64,000 nucleotides of DNA, taken from Marispirochaeta sp. (GTDB lineage: Bacteria; Spirochaetota; Spirochaetia; JC444; Marispirochaetaceae). The first letter of the stretch is position 1. Each line of letters opens with the position of its first letter. Both the position numbers and the translations under genes were made by a program. Below are positions 39,059-47,246 of the stretch, piece after piece. Under the pieces are notes generated by a model that worked only from the letters and a program-made list of their open reading frames with translations, made no database searches and was not told the DNA's origin. Location of the stretch: contig CAXXFF010000003.1 of the NCBI GenBank assembly GCA_963676835.2, positions 352,001 to 416,000 on the forward strand, in the 5' to 3' direction.

Positions 39059-41887
39059 ATGAATAAATCATTCAATATTAACCAGAAGCAGTCAGTAATT
39101 TTTTCTGTACTGCTATTTTCGATTATCCTTTTTATCTCTGGATGCGCCGACCCGCTCTCAAGCAACATCGGCAGTGAGACCTATGTAAGTACTGCAAGCG
39201 AAGGCTCAGGTTCACTTATCATTCGTCTGTATGACAACACCTCTCTGGTTGCAAACACCATTAAACCTGAACTTGCCAATTCTGAAATTGAGTCCTACAT
39301 GGTAACACTTACCGGTTCTGATGGAACGGTAATCTCAGATGCCGTTACCAGCTCCAGTGCCATGTACAATCTCAACCCCGATACATACACTGTCAAAGTT
39401 GAAGCACTCGATGAGAACGGCACAGTTATAGCCGAAGGTGACACCAGTGTAACCATAGCCGACGGACAATCAGCGTCGGTTACTATAGAACTGGAATTCA
39501 TTGACGGTGAAGGCAACGGTACTATTACCCTATCATTCGCATTTCCCGCCGGCACTGTTGATTCAGTAACAGGAACCCTGGACGGAGAAGAGGTTGTATT
39601 TACCCTTTCCGAAGCAAACTCCGACGGACTTGTTCTGGCAACAGCTACAATAGACAAACCTTCCGGAACCTATACCCTCATTGCTATACTTAAAGATACC
39701 CAGGGAATGATTCTTTCCACCCTGGCTGAAAAAGTCAGAATTCTCGGAAATGTTGCGGTTGTGGAGACAATCACTATTGCCTCGGATGAACTGAATGGAG
39801 CCCCCCTTGCCCCTACTCCAATTTCAGCAAAGCAGGTGGACCTGGACGCGAAAATCTCATGGGTTGATATTTCCCATGTTGAGACTGGCTTCGCAATTGA
39901 GCGATCGGCAGATAACGGCTCAACCTGGACAATTCTTGATTCAGCACTTGCAGCCAATACTGTTTCGTACACCGATACCAGTGTGACCAAAGGCAGCTCA
40001 TACAAATACCGTGTTCGCGCAGTGAACAGCTTTGGGGAATCCGAATGGACAGTAAGTTCAAACCTTACCATTGTTGATCTCATTTCCGTGGCAGACGACG
40101 ATCTTACAACTGCAGACGGCAATTTTTATGAAGGCATTACGGAGCCTATCCTTATTTCAGACCTGACCGGCAATGATACCAACCATCTCAACACTGATCC
40201 CATCGAGATCACAGCTGTAACTGCTGTAAGCAACTGTACAGTGTCCCTCGGAACCAGCAGTATCAGCTTCACCGGTACCGCAGCAGGGTCTGCGGCAAGC
40301 TTTACCTATACCGCACGTGTTGAAGGTACCACCGACACGGCCACCGCTACGGTTACCATCGCCAATGTTCAGGATGCTCCTCCCCTTATCGCCAACACCG
40401 ACGGCCCCTATGATCTCGAGCAGGGTGAGACTGTTTCCCTTGTAATTGCTGACAAGCTTATCAGCAACGATGTACTCCCCACCGGCTCCACAGGTACCCT
40501 GACCTTCGACAGCATTGTCTCCGGTACCAGTGTAAACTGTTCAGCAGTGCTCAGCAGTGACGGGACAAAAGTACTGGTTACCTCCACCGGACTGGCCTAT
40601 GAATCTGCGTCCTTCCAGTACAACTTAACAGACGGTGCATCAGAAGCTGCAGTTGGTACGGTCAAGCTTAATGTAACTCCCCTTCCTGCAACACAGGGGT
40701 ACCTCTTCACTGCAACAGAGAAAGATACCTACGATCTTGACGGGGACAACAACAAGATAGAACTTGCATTCGACGCCATGAAGAACTACTATAAGCCCGC
40801 ATCCATGTCGGACATCGTCAACACCTGGGCACGTTTTCAGGACACATCCTACTATTGGGAGAGCCTCGACAGCATCGACAATACCAGCAGCACCGCCTAT
40901 ACCTGGACCCTTATAGCCGATGAAGACGGCGACGGGTATATTGATGGCGATACCGACGGTGATGGAACCGATGATAACAACACCTACTTCGATACAAGAA
41001 TGGGAAACAGCTCCAGTTACACCCGTATCTATGGTGACATCGACGGTGACGGATTCATAGATGAACGTTTTATGCAGACCCAGAATGGATCCAGAAACGG
41101 TTTTATAAGCCCCGACAAGTACGCAAACTACACCCATGAGGTGACCCTCTGGTCTGCAGACCCCAGTGATGACGATATGTTAGGCGTTGTGGTTGCGTTT
41201 GAGCGTACTTCTTCCAACACCAATAACGTACTCTGGGTTGGGCGGACTCGAGATGGTGTTTATCCCTACAATAACTGGGGATTATATTACAACACCACCC
41301 AAATTGCTGATTTCTCTGTCGGCTCTACCGGTGGGAACTGGGGTGGATCCGCCTCAGGGACACCCGATTCAGATAGTACTGACGACTACCTCAGCCGGGT
41401 CAAGATCGTCCGCGAAGGTGATACCATTACCGCAGTCTGTACCGACTGGATTACCGGTGTGGAAAACTACTCAGAACTCGGTGTTACCGGCGGCGATTAT
41501 GAGTACCTCGATGCGAGCCTTATCTCCATCGATCTGGTAAATAACCAGGCGACCTTCAACGGCTCCACCGTTTCAACCAGCGACCTGTCGGGCTTTGAAG
41601 GTGAAAGCGCCTACGGCTACACCAATTACAGCCAGGCAATGTCCACCTATCTGGATGTTAACTTCGACGGCGGTGCAAGTGCCGATACCATCATCAAGCT
41701 TACCGGCGGAGATGGCTCCAGCTACTGGGACAGCAGCGAAGTATGGAAATACCAGAACGGCAGCTGGGAAAAACAGACCGGTATAACAGCTCAGGATGAA
41801 CTGGGATATGTTCGGGAAGTTACCAATCCCCTGAATAACCTGACCTATCTGTTCAAACAAGACCAGATTGAACTGGTTCTGCCATAA
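39059..41887 (+). CDS. Lipoprotein B2 (paralogue of B1)
   Basis: Lipobox FISG-C then ADPLSS; FN3; expanded DxDGDG cluster; DDDMLGVVVAF; EVWKY...ELGYVREVTNP. Confidence 0.75.
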   Translation: MNKSFNINQKQSVIFSVLLFSIILFISGCADPLSSNIGSETYVSTASEGSGSLIIRLYDNTSLVANTIKPELANSEIESYMVTLTGSDGTVISDAVTSSSAMYNLNPDTYTVKVEALDENGTVIAEGDTSVTIADGQSASVTIELEFIDGEGNGTITLSFAFPAGTVDSVTGTLDGEEVVFTLSEANSDGLVLATATIDKPSGTYTLIAILKDTQGMILSTLAEKVRILGNVAVVETITIASDELNGAPLAPTPISAKQVDLDAKISWVDISHVETGFAIERSADNGSTWTILDSALAANTVSYTDTSVTKGSSYKYRVRAVNSFGESEWTVSSNLTIVDLISVADDDLTTADGNFYEGITEPILISDLTGNDTNHLNTDPIEITAVTAVSNCTVSLGTSSISFTGTAAGSAASFTYTARVEGTTDTATATVTIANVQDAPPLIANTDGPYDLEQGETVSLVIADKLISNDVLPTGSTGTLTFDSIVSGTSVNCSAVLSSDGTKVLVTSTGLAYESASFQYNLTDGASEAAVGTVKLNVTPLPATQGYLFTATEKDTYDLDGDNNKIELAFDAMKNYYKPASMSDIVNTWARFQDTSYYWESLDSIDNTSSTAYTWTLIADEDGDGYIDGDTDGDGTDDNNTYFDTRMGNSSSYTRIYGDIDGDGFIDERFMQTQNGSRNGFISPDKYANYTHEVTLWSADPSDDDMLGVVVAFERTSSNTNNVLWVGRTRDGVYPYNNWGLYYNTTQIADFSVGSTGGNWGGSASGTPDSDSTDDYLSRVKIVREGDTITAVCTDWITGVENYSELGVTGGDYEYLDASLISIDLVNNQATFNGSTVSTSDLSGFEGESAYGYTNYSQAMSTYLDVNFDGGASADTIIKLTGGDGSSYWDSSEVWKYQNGSWEKQTGITAQDELGYVREVTNPLNNLTYLFKQDQIELVLP

Positions 41888-41906
41888 GTAGGTCTTTCAA
41901 AAAGAT

Positions 41907-41945
41907 AAGGGCCATCCGGAATTTTCCGGATGGCCCTTTTTATTC
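41907..41945 (+). terminator. Intrinsic terminator of lipoprotein operon 2
   Basis: AAGGGCCATCCGGA-4 nt-TCCGGATGGCCCTT followed by Ts. Confidence 0.8.
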
Positions 41946-42015
41946 AAGCACACTGATAGTACCGTCTTATCTTCGTTCACGCTCATAATGAATCAAACTT
42001 AAATAGTTTTAATTT

Positions 42016-42044
42016 TTGACAACACACGTCGCGTGTGTTATTGT
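42016..42044 (+). promoter_or_regulatory. ccdAB promoter with operator palindrome
   Basis: TTGACA-17-TATTGT overlapping AACACACG-TCG-CGTGTGTT; ATG 6 nt after the -10 box. Confidence 0.7.
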
Positions 42045-42050
42045 ATACAC

Positions 42051-42269
42051 ATGAAAACGCGCATAAATGTCACTATAGACGATACAGTTCTTAAAGCGGC
42101 AAAACATCAGAATCTAATTCTCTCTAATATTCTGGAAACCGCTATCAGGCAGGAATTGTCCAGGATTGAAAAAAAATCATGGGAAGAGGAAAACCGGCAA
42201 TCCATTAATGCATATAATACTTACATCAGCAAAAAAGGTGTCTTCAGTGACAATATGAGAACCTTCTGA
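42051..42269 (+). CDS. ccdA: CcdA-family antitoxin
   Basis: KTRINVTID ribbon-helix-helix start; WEEENRQSINAYN...GVFSDNMRTF. Confidence 0.85.
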   Translation: MKTRINVTIDDTVLKAAKHQNLILSNILETAIRQELSRIEKKSWEEENRQSINAYNTYISKKGVFSDNMRTF

Positions 42270-42580
42270 TGCCTCAGTTTGATATTGTGGAAAATACAAG
42301 CAAATCTGCGGATGTAAAATACTTTTTAGTGCTGCAAGCAGATGCAATATCATTGCTGGATACCCGAATAGTAGCCCCGTTGAGACCGGCCGATTTGCAT
42401 CGGAAGAACCAGGTAGGAAAAATTCATATTTTAGTTGAAATAGATCAAACTGAGTTCATCATTTTTATTTCAGAAATGGCGGCTATTCCATCTGCTATTC
42501 TTGGTGAAATTGTGACCAATGTTTCATTTTTACGAACTGAAATTGTTTCTGCGATTGATCTTATTTTTACCGGGTTTTAA
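42269..42580 (+). CDS. ccdB: CcdB-family toxin
   Basis: MPQFDIVEN, LVLQAD, TRIVAPL, EIVSAIDLIFTGF; coupled to ccdA. Confidence 0.82.
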   Translation: MPQFDIVENTSKSADVKYFLVLQADAISLLDTRIVAPLRPADLHRKNQVGKIHILVEIDQTEFIIFISEMAAIPSAILGEIVTNVSFLRTEIVSAIDLIFTGF

Positions 42581-43134
42581 ATAGATAGCAAAATCTGCTG
42601 AATCATGGCCTGAAACATTTCATTATCAATTTCGTTTTTCAGATACTTGCGGATAGTCTTTCTGACAGGCTCAGGGAAACGGTTCCAGTAGATCTCTTCC
42701 CAGTCGCCGAACTCCTTCTCAAGAGCTGCCTTCTCCCCTGCATCAAGCTGCCCGGTTCCGGCGGCCACAAACTGCCGGATCATCTCCAGGAGAACTTCCC
42801 CGGGAACCCCTTTTTCCGTCATCGAACGGGTATCCGGGGTAGGAATCCAGGCGTTTATCAGTTGGTTCAGATGCTCTTCGGGAATATCCGGAGCCTCTTT
42901 TACAATCATTTCCACAGCGAAGTTACGGATCATATCCCGGATGGAATCGATGCTTCCGCCGATTTGCCCTTCTATATCCCGTGAGGTTTCCCGGGCAACA
43001 TTGCCTATATCAAGGCCTCCGTAACCCCGCTGCTTTTCCCGCCGGGCAAGGGCTGCCTTTACAGCAGCCAGTTCATCGGCGTCGGCATGGTTGAGTATAA
43101 AATCAAGAATAGGATAGATCCGGTTGGTATCCAT
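42577..43134 (-). CDS. Hypothetical protein
   Basis: 185-aa ORF translationally coupled to ychF. Confidence 0.65.
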   Translation of the reverse strand: MDTNRIYPILDFILNHADADELAAVKAALARREKQRGYGGLDIGNVARETSRDIEGQIGGSIDSIRDMIRNFAVEMIVKEAPDIPEEHLNQLINAWIPTPDTRSMTEKGVPGEVLLEMIRQFVAAGTGQLDAGEKAALEKEFGDWEEIYWNRFPEPVRKTIRKYLKNEIDNEMFQAMIQQILLSI

Positions 43135-44243
43135 TACACATTAAACTTAAAGAACATTACGTCCCCGTCTTTAACCAGGTACTCCTTACCTTCCATACGC
43201 AGTTTACCCGCTTCCTTAACTTTCTGCTCACTGCCGTACTGAAAAAGATCTTCACAGTGGTAAACATCGGCTTTAATAAAGCCCTTCTCAAAATCGGTAT
43301 GAATAACTCCGGCAGCCTGTGGAGCCTTGTCTCCCTCATGGAAAGTCCAGGCCCGCACCTCTTTTTCTCCGGCGGTAAAATAAGTCCGCAATCCGAGGGT
43401 GTCGTATGCCTTGCGGATAAGCTTTGAAAGCCCGGATTCCTCAAGGCCCGCATCCTGCAGAAACATCTCTTTTTCTTCCTCGGAATCGAGAGCCGCTATA
43501 TCCGCTTCAAGTTTACCGCTGATAATCACCATCTCGGCACCTTCCGATTCTGCAACTTTTTCAAGAGCCTTGGTGTAGTCATTACCGGATTCAATAGCAT
43601 CTTCACCGACGTTGGCTACATAGAGCTGTTTCTTCATTGTGATCAGCTGGAGCTCCTTAAGGACTTCAAGTTCATCTGTGGTATATTCCAGGCTGCGGGC
43701 AGCCTTTCCCTCACCAAGTACAGTCTGAAGCCGCTTTAAAACAGCATCTGCAGTTTCAGCCTTCTTTTTGATATCCTTATCCGGAGACCTCAGGCTTTTA
43801 CTGTTCTTCTCAAGCCTTTTATCCACTGTCTCAAGATCCGCCAGGGCAAGCTCAATATTGATAGTCTCCACATCGGAAACCGGATCAACCTTGTTTTCCA
43901 CGTGAGTTACATCGGGATCATCAAAACAGCGTACAACATGGGCAATAATACCCACTTCCCGTATATTGGCAAGAAACTTATTGCCCAGCCCTTCACCCTT
44001 GGAGGCGCCCTTAACCAGTCCTGCTATATCGACAAACTCAACCGCCGCAGGAATTATTTTCTGAGGCGGTATCAGTTCAACAATTTTATCCAGCCGTGCA
44101 TCGGGCACAGTGACCATACCGATATTAGGATCGATAGTACAAAAGGGGTAATTCGCAGCTTCCGCCGGAGCAGAAGTAAGTGCTGAAAACAGAGTCGATT
44201 TACCGACATTGGGCAGGCCGACTATGCCGCAGTTAAGTGCCAT
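43134..44243 (-). CDS. ychF: Redox-regulated ATPase YchF
   Basis: [46 protein letters not shown]-terminus. Confidence 0.96.
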   Translation of the reverse strand: MALNCGIVGLPNVGKSTLFSALTSAPAEAANYPFCTIDPNIGMVTVPDARLDKIVELIPPQKIIPAAVEFVDIAGLVKGASKGEGLGNKFLANIREVGIIAHVVRCFDDPDVTHVENKVDPVSDVETINIELALADLETVDKRLEKNSKSLRSPDKDIKKKAETADAVLKRLQTVLGEGKAARSLEYTTDELEVLKELQLITMKKQLYVANVGEDAIESGNDYTKALEKVAESEGAEMVIISGKLEADIAALDSEEEKEMFLQDAGLEESGLSKLIRKAYDTLGLRTYFTAGEKEVRAWTFHEGDKAPQAAGVIHTDFEKGFIKADVYHCEDLFQYGSEQKVKEAGKLRMEGKEYLVKDGDVMFFKFNV

Positions 44244-44312
44244 ATAGTATATTCTCTCTTAATTTGAAGTATTTGCAGTAGAAAAACAGTATACGCTTAT
44301 CCACCGAACTTT

Positions 44313-45515
44313 TCAATCCGGGGCCTGAGTACGCTTTTCCGGAATCATAAAAATGAGCGGGAGAACCCCCAGAGACCAGACAACTACATAAAAATAGATA
44401 GTGCTGTAGCCAAAACGCTCTACAAGAACCCCTACAACAAACACTACCAGCGCCCGAACACTGAAATTGATAGTCATATACAGTCCGTTAGCCAGGGCGG
44501 GAGAGCGGGCTCCGGCATCCTGAACCAGAGCAAGCAGCACCGGCCCGGATGCAAACAGAAAGAAACCCAGGGTAGCGAGAATGGGAATATAAAACTGTTC
44601 AGGGGCCTTGAGGAATGCCCACATTAATCCAGGGCAGATCATCCCGGAGATATAAAGGGTATTCTTCCGACCGATTTTATCGGAGATCGACCCGGCGGAA
44701 AAAGTTCCCGCAGCCCCTGCAAACTGCAGTACGGAAAGCATAAAACTGGCTTCCACAAGAGACTTACCCTGATGCAGCAGATATGCCGGCAGATACAGGG
44801 TTACTGCAATTTTCAAGGCCATCATAAACGATGTATATCCGGTAATCGATCCGAACAGGGGAAGCATCTCTCTTATACCAGTGCCTGCGCCGGAATCATC
44901 TTTATGACGGGATGAATAAAGCTCCACATTCTTCAGCTTCAGGTACAGCAGAAAAGAGGCAATAAAACTGAAGGGAATAAGCTTCCAGGTACCCTCAAGT
45001 CCCCAGACAGTTATGGCGCCGGTAATAATAAGGGGCCCCAGAGTCCGTGAAGACTCCCCTGCCAGCATATACCAGCTCATTCCTCTACCAGTCTGTGTCC
45101 CTGCAAAGCGCTTTATCATCACCGGGGCCGGCACATGGAAAAATGAGGCACTTATACCCATAACCAGCAGCAGAATACAGGCAACTGCATAGCTGGGAGC
45201 AAGACCCAGAAGGCTCATGGTTATTGCCGTAACCACCGGAGTCAGAATAATAAAATAGCGGGTACGCAGCTTATCGACTATATAACCGAAAAGCGGATTT
45301 AAAAGGGAGGGAATATTGCGGATGGAATCCAGCATCCCCCCGAGGGCGAGGGAAATACCCAGTTTAGCCACCAGCAGCGGAACCAGGGGAGCAAGAAAGG
45401 CGGAATAGATATCGTGAAGCATGTGACCGAAGGAGACGGCTAGGACTTTATCGCCCTGATAGCCTGGGTCAGTATTTACATCTGCCGAGGCAGAGGAATT
45501 AGATTTGTCTGTCAT
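44313..45515 (-). CDS. MFS transporter (Fsr-like)
   Basis: About 12 TM helices; GHMLHDIY, SFFHVPA, SDKIGRK. Confidence 0.82.
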   Translation of the reverse strand: MTDKSNSSASADVNTDPGYQGDKVLAVSFGHMLHDIYSAFLAPLVPLLVAKLGISLALGGMLDSIRNIPSLLNPLFGYIVDKLRTRYFIILTPVVTAITMSLLGLAPSYAVACILLLVMGISASFFHVPAPVMIKRFAGTQTGRGMSWYMLAGESSRTLGPLIITGAITVWGLEGTWKLIPFSFIASFLLYLKLKNVELYSSRHKDDSGAGTGIREMLPLFGSITGYTSFMMALKIAVTLYLPAYLLHQGKSLVEASFMLSVLQFAGAAGTFSAGSISDKIGRKNTLYISGMICPGLMWAFLKAPEQFYIPILATLGFFLFASGPVLLALVQDAGARSPALANGLYMTINFSVRALVVFVVGVLVERFGYSTIYFYVVVWSLGVLPLIFMIPEKRTQAPD

Positions 45516-45614
45516 CTTTTACCCGGATTTTTTTGAGAACCTGTCTCAAGATAGATACCATTATATAGAAAGAGAAATAAAGCTGTAAGCAGTTATTGGG
45601 ATATACTGATCTTT

Positions 45615-46823
45615 TTATTTCAGAGGGTGCCGGTAAAACCGTGCCAGCCCGCCCAGGGCGGTCTCCCGGTAATCCCGGGTAAGGTCCTTCCCCGTGCGGT
45701 ACATGGTCTCCACAACCTGGTCAAAACTGACCGCATGTCTGCCGTCTGAAAGCAGCGAATACACGGCAATCTCAACCGCCCTGGCTGCTGCCATGGCATT
45801 ACGCTCTATACAGGGAATCTGCACCAGCCCCATTACCGGATCACAGGTCAGCCCCAGATGATGCTCAAGCCCCATCTCCGCAGCGTACTCTACCTGAAAG
45901 GGTGATCCCCCTAAAAGATGAGCAGCCGCCGCTGCAGCCATGGCGCATGCGGTCCCTACCTCCCCCTGACAGCCCACCTCGGCACCGGAAATAGATGCAT
46001 TATGCCGAACCAGAATACCTATCAACCCGGCAGTAGCCAGAGCCCGGTATATACGCTGCTCCTTTACATCATGCAGATCCCGGAACCATGTAAGCACCGC
46101 AGGCAGCACCCCGGAACCGCCACAGGTAGGAGCGGTAACAACTACTCCACCGGCAGCATTTTCTTCAGACACTGCCAGGGCTGATGCAAAAAGATAACCG
46201 TAATCGTGGGTTACACCCGAGGAATGCCGCAGTTTTGCCTCATAGGTCGAAGCCTTGCGTCCAAGCTTCAAACCGCCGGGAAGGACTCCTTCCGCTGCCA
46301 GACCTCGTTTGACCGCAGCGCTCATGGCCTCCCATACATCTGCAAGATGAGCTTCCAGCCCGGGTTCTGTTGCGTAGGCATATTCCCATAATGGAATACC
46401 TTCATTTTTACAGTGATCAAGGATATCTTGAAGACTGGTAAGGGAATAAGTGGAGACCACTTCATTGAAGCCCGGATAAACGATTCGTCCTCCGCCGGTA
46501 CTGTATACCTCCCGGGACAGCATTATTTCATCCTTTGTGTTCCAGGCCGAAAAAACCATTCCGTTGGGATGTTGCTCCAGTTCTTTTTCCTTATACCAGT
46601 TAACTTCCTTAAGCCTGGACCCGAACATCTTTTCCAATACCCGGTCCGTACCGTGTCCCTTACCGGTAAGAGCGAGGCTGCCGTACAAATCCACAGTGTA
46701 ATATTCAGCACCGTCAGTTTCACCAAGAAAAAGCTCAGCCCCCCGTGCCGGCCCAAGGGTATGACTGGATGAAGGACCATTCCCGATACGATATAAAGAT
46801 TTTATACCTTCCATTTCTGCCAT
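45615..46823 (-). CDS. sdaA: L-serine ammonia-lyase, Fe-S dependent, single chain
   Basis: IGNGPSSSHT, TGKGHGTD, SISGAEVGCQGE, LGLTCDPV, PCIERN; SD GGAGG before 46823. Confidence 0.9.
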   Translation of the reverse strand: MAEMEGIKSLYRIGNGPSSSHTLGPARGAELFLGETDGAEYYTVDLYGSLALTGKGHGTDRVLEKMFGSRLKEVNWYKEKELEQHPNGMVFSAWNTKDEIMLSREVYSTGGGRIVYPGFNEVVSTYSLTSLQDILDHCKNEGIPLWEYAYATEPGLEAHLADVWEAMSAAVKRGLAAEGVLPGGLKLGRKASTYEAKLRHSSGVTHDYGYLFASALAVSEENAAGGVVVTAPTCGGSGVLPAVLTWFRDLHDVKEQRIYRALATAGLIGILVRHNASISGAEVGCQGEVGTACAMAAAAAAHLLGGSPFQVEYAAEMGLEHHLGLTCDPVMGLVQIPCIERNAMAAARAVEIAVYSLLSDGRHAVSFDQVVETMYRTGKDLTRDYRETALGGLARFYRHPLK

Positions 46824-46946
46824 GCCCAGACCTCCGGAAAACGGTAAGCTCAATACTATTATAAGGCTCAAAAGAAGTATTACACAATTCCAGAAAAATC
46901 ATTACAGCGAAGAGCTGCAGAAAGATGAAATAACATTTTTTAATAT

Positions 46947-47112
46947 CCCGGGCGTCACCCGGCCACATGCTCACGCATGCGGCCGGGTCGGGCCTTGCGG
47001 GGCTCCGGCCCCTGCACCTAAATCCTATATCAGCTATTTTTATATACGAGGGCTCTACAGTAAGGATTTAGGTGCAGGGTCTGCCTCCGGCACCCCTCCA
47101 GTCCCTGACGCG
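46947..47112 (+). repeat. REP-like GC-rich palindromic element containing a 70-bp IR-bounded insert (47010-47079)
   Basis: CCCGGCC...GGCCGGG stem, GGGG/CCCC stem, GGGCGTCA...TGACGC ends; inner 17-bp perfect IR CCCTGCACCTAAATCCT/AGGATTTAGGTGCAGGG. Confidence 0.6.
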
Positions 47113-47246
47113 AAGGCAAGTGTAGAGCTTCTTACATGCGATTTCCCCTGTACAGCCTTCACTCACCTGCATTGCAGTTATTTTACCGGTGCACCGGACT
47201 TTACGAGAACCTCAGCAGTTCCCATCGGCTCCCGCAGGATTACCGC

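Noticed and set aside
33487..41887. Diversity-generating retroelement or cassette-switching between lipoprotein paralogues
   Set aside because: No reverse transcriptase or recombinase, and no near-identical repeat with adenine-specific differences; divergence is spread throughout
511..46871. ORF-track start positions at 511, 2831, 9398, 10729, 17737, 18614, 26412, 28786, 31313, 32601, 42033, 46871
   Set aside because: Extensions overlap promoters or neighbouring genes; downstream ATGs with SD or promoter support were used instead
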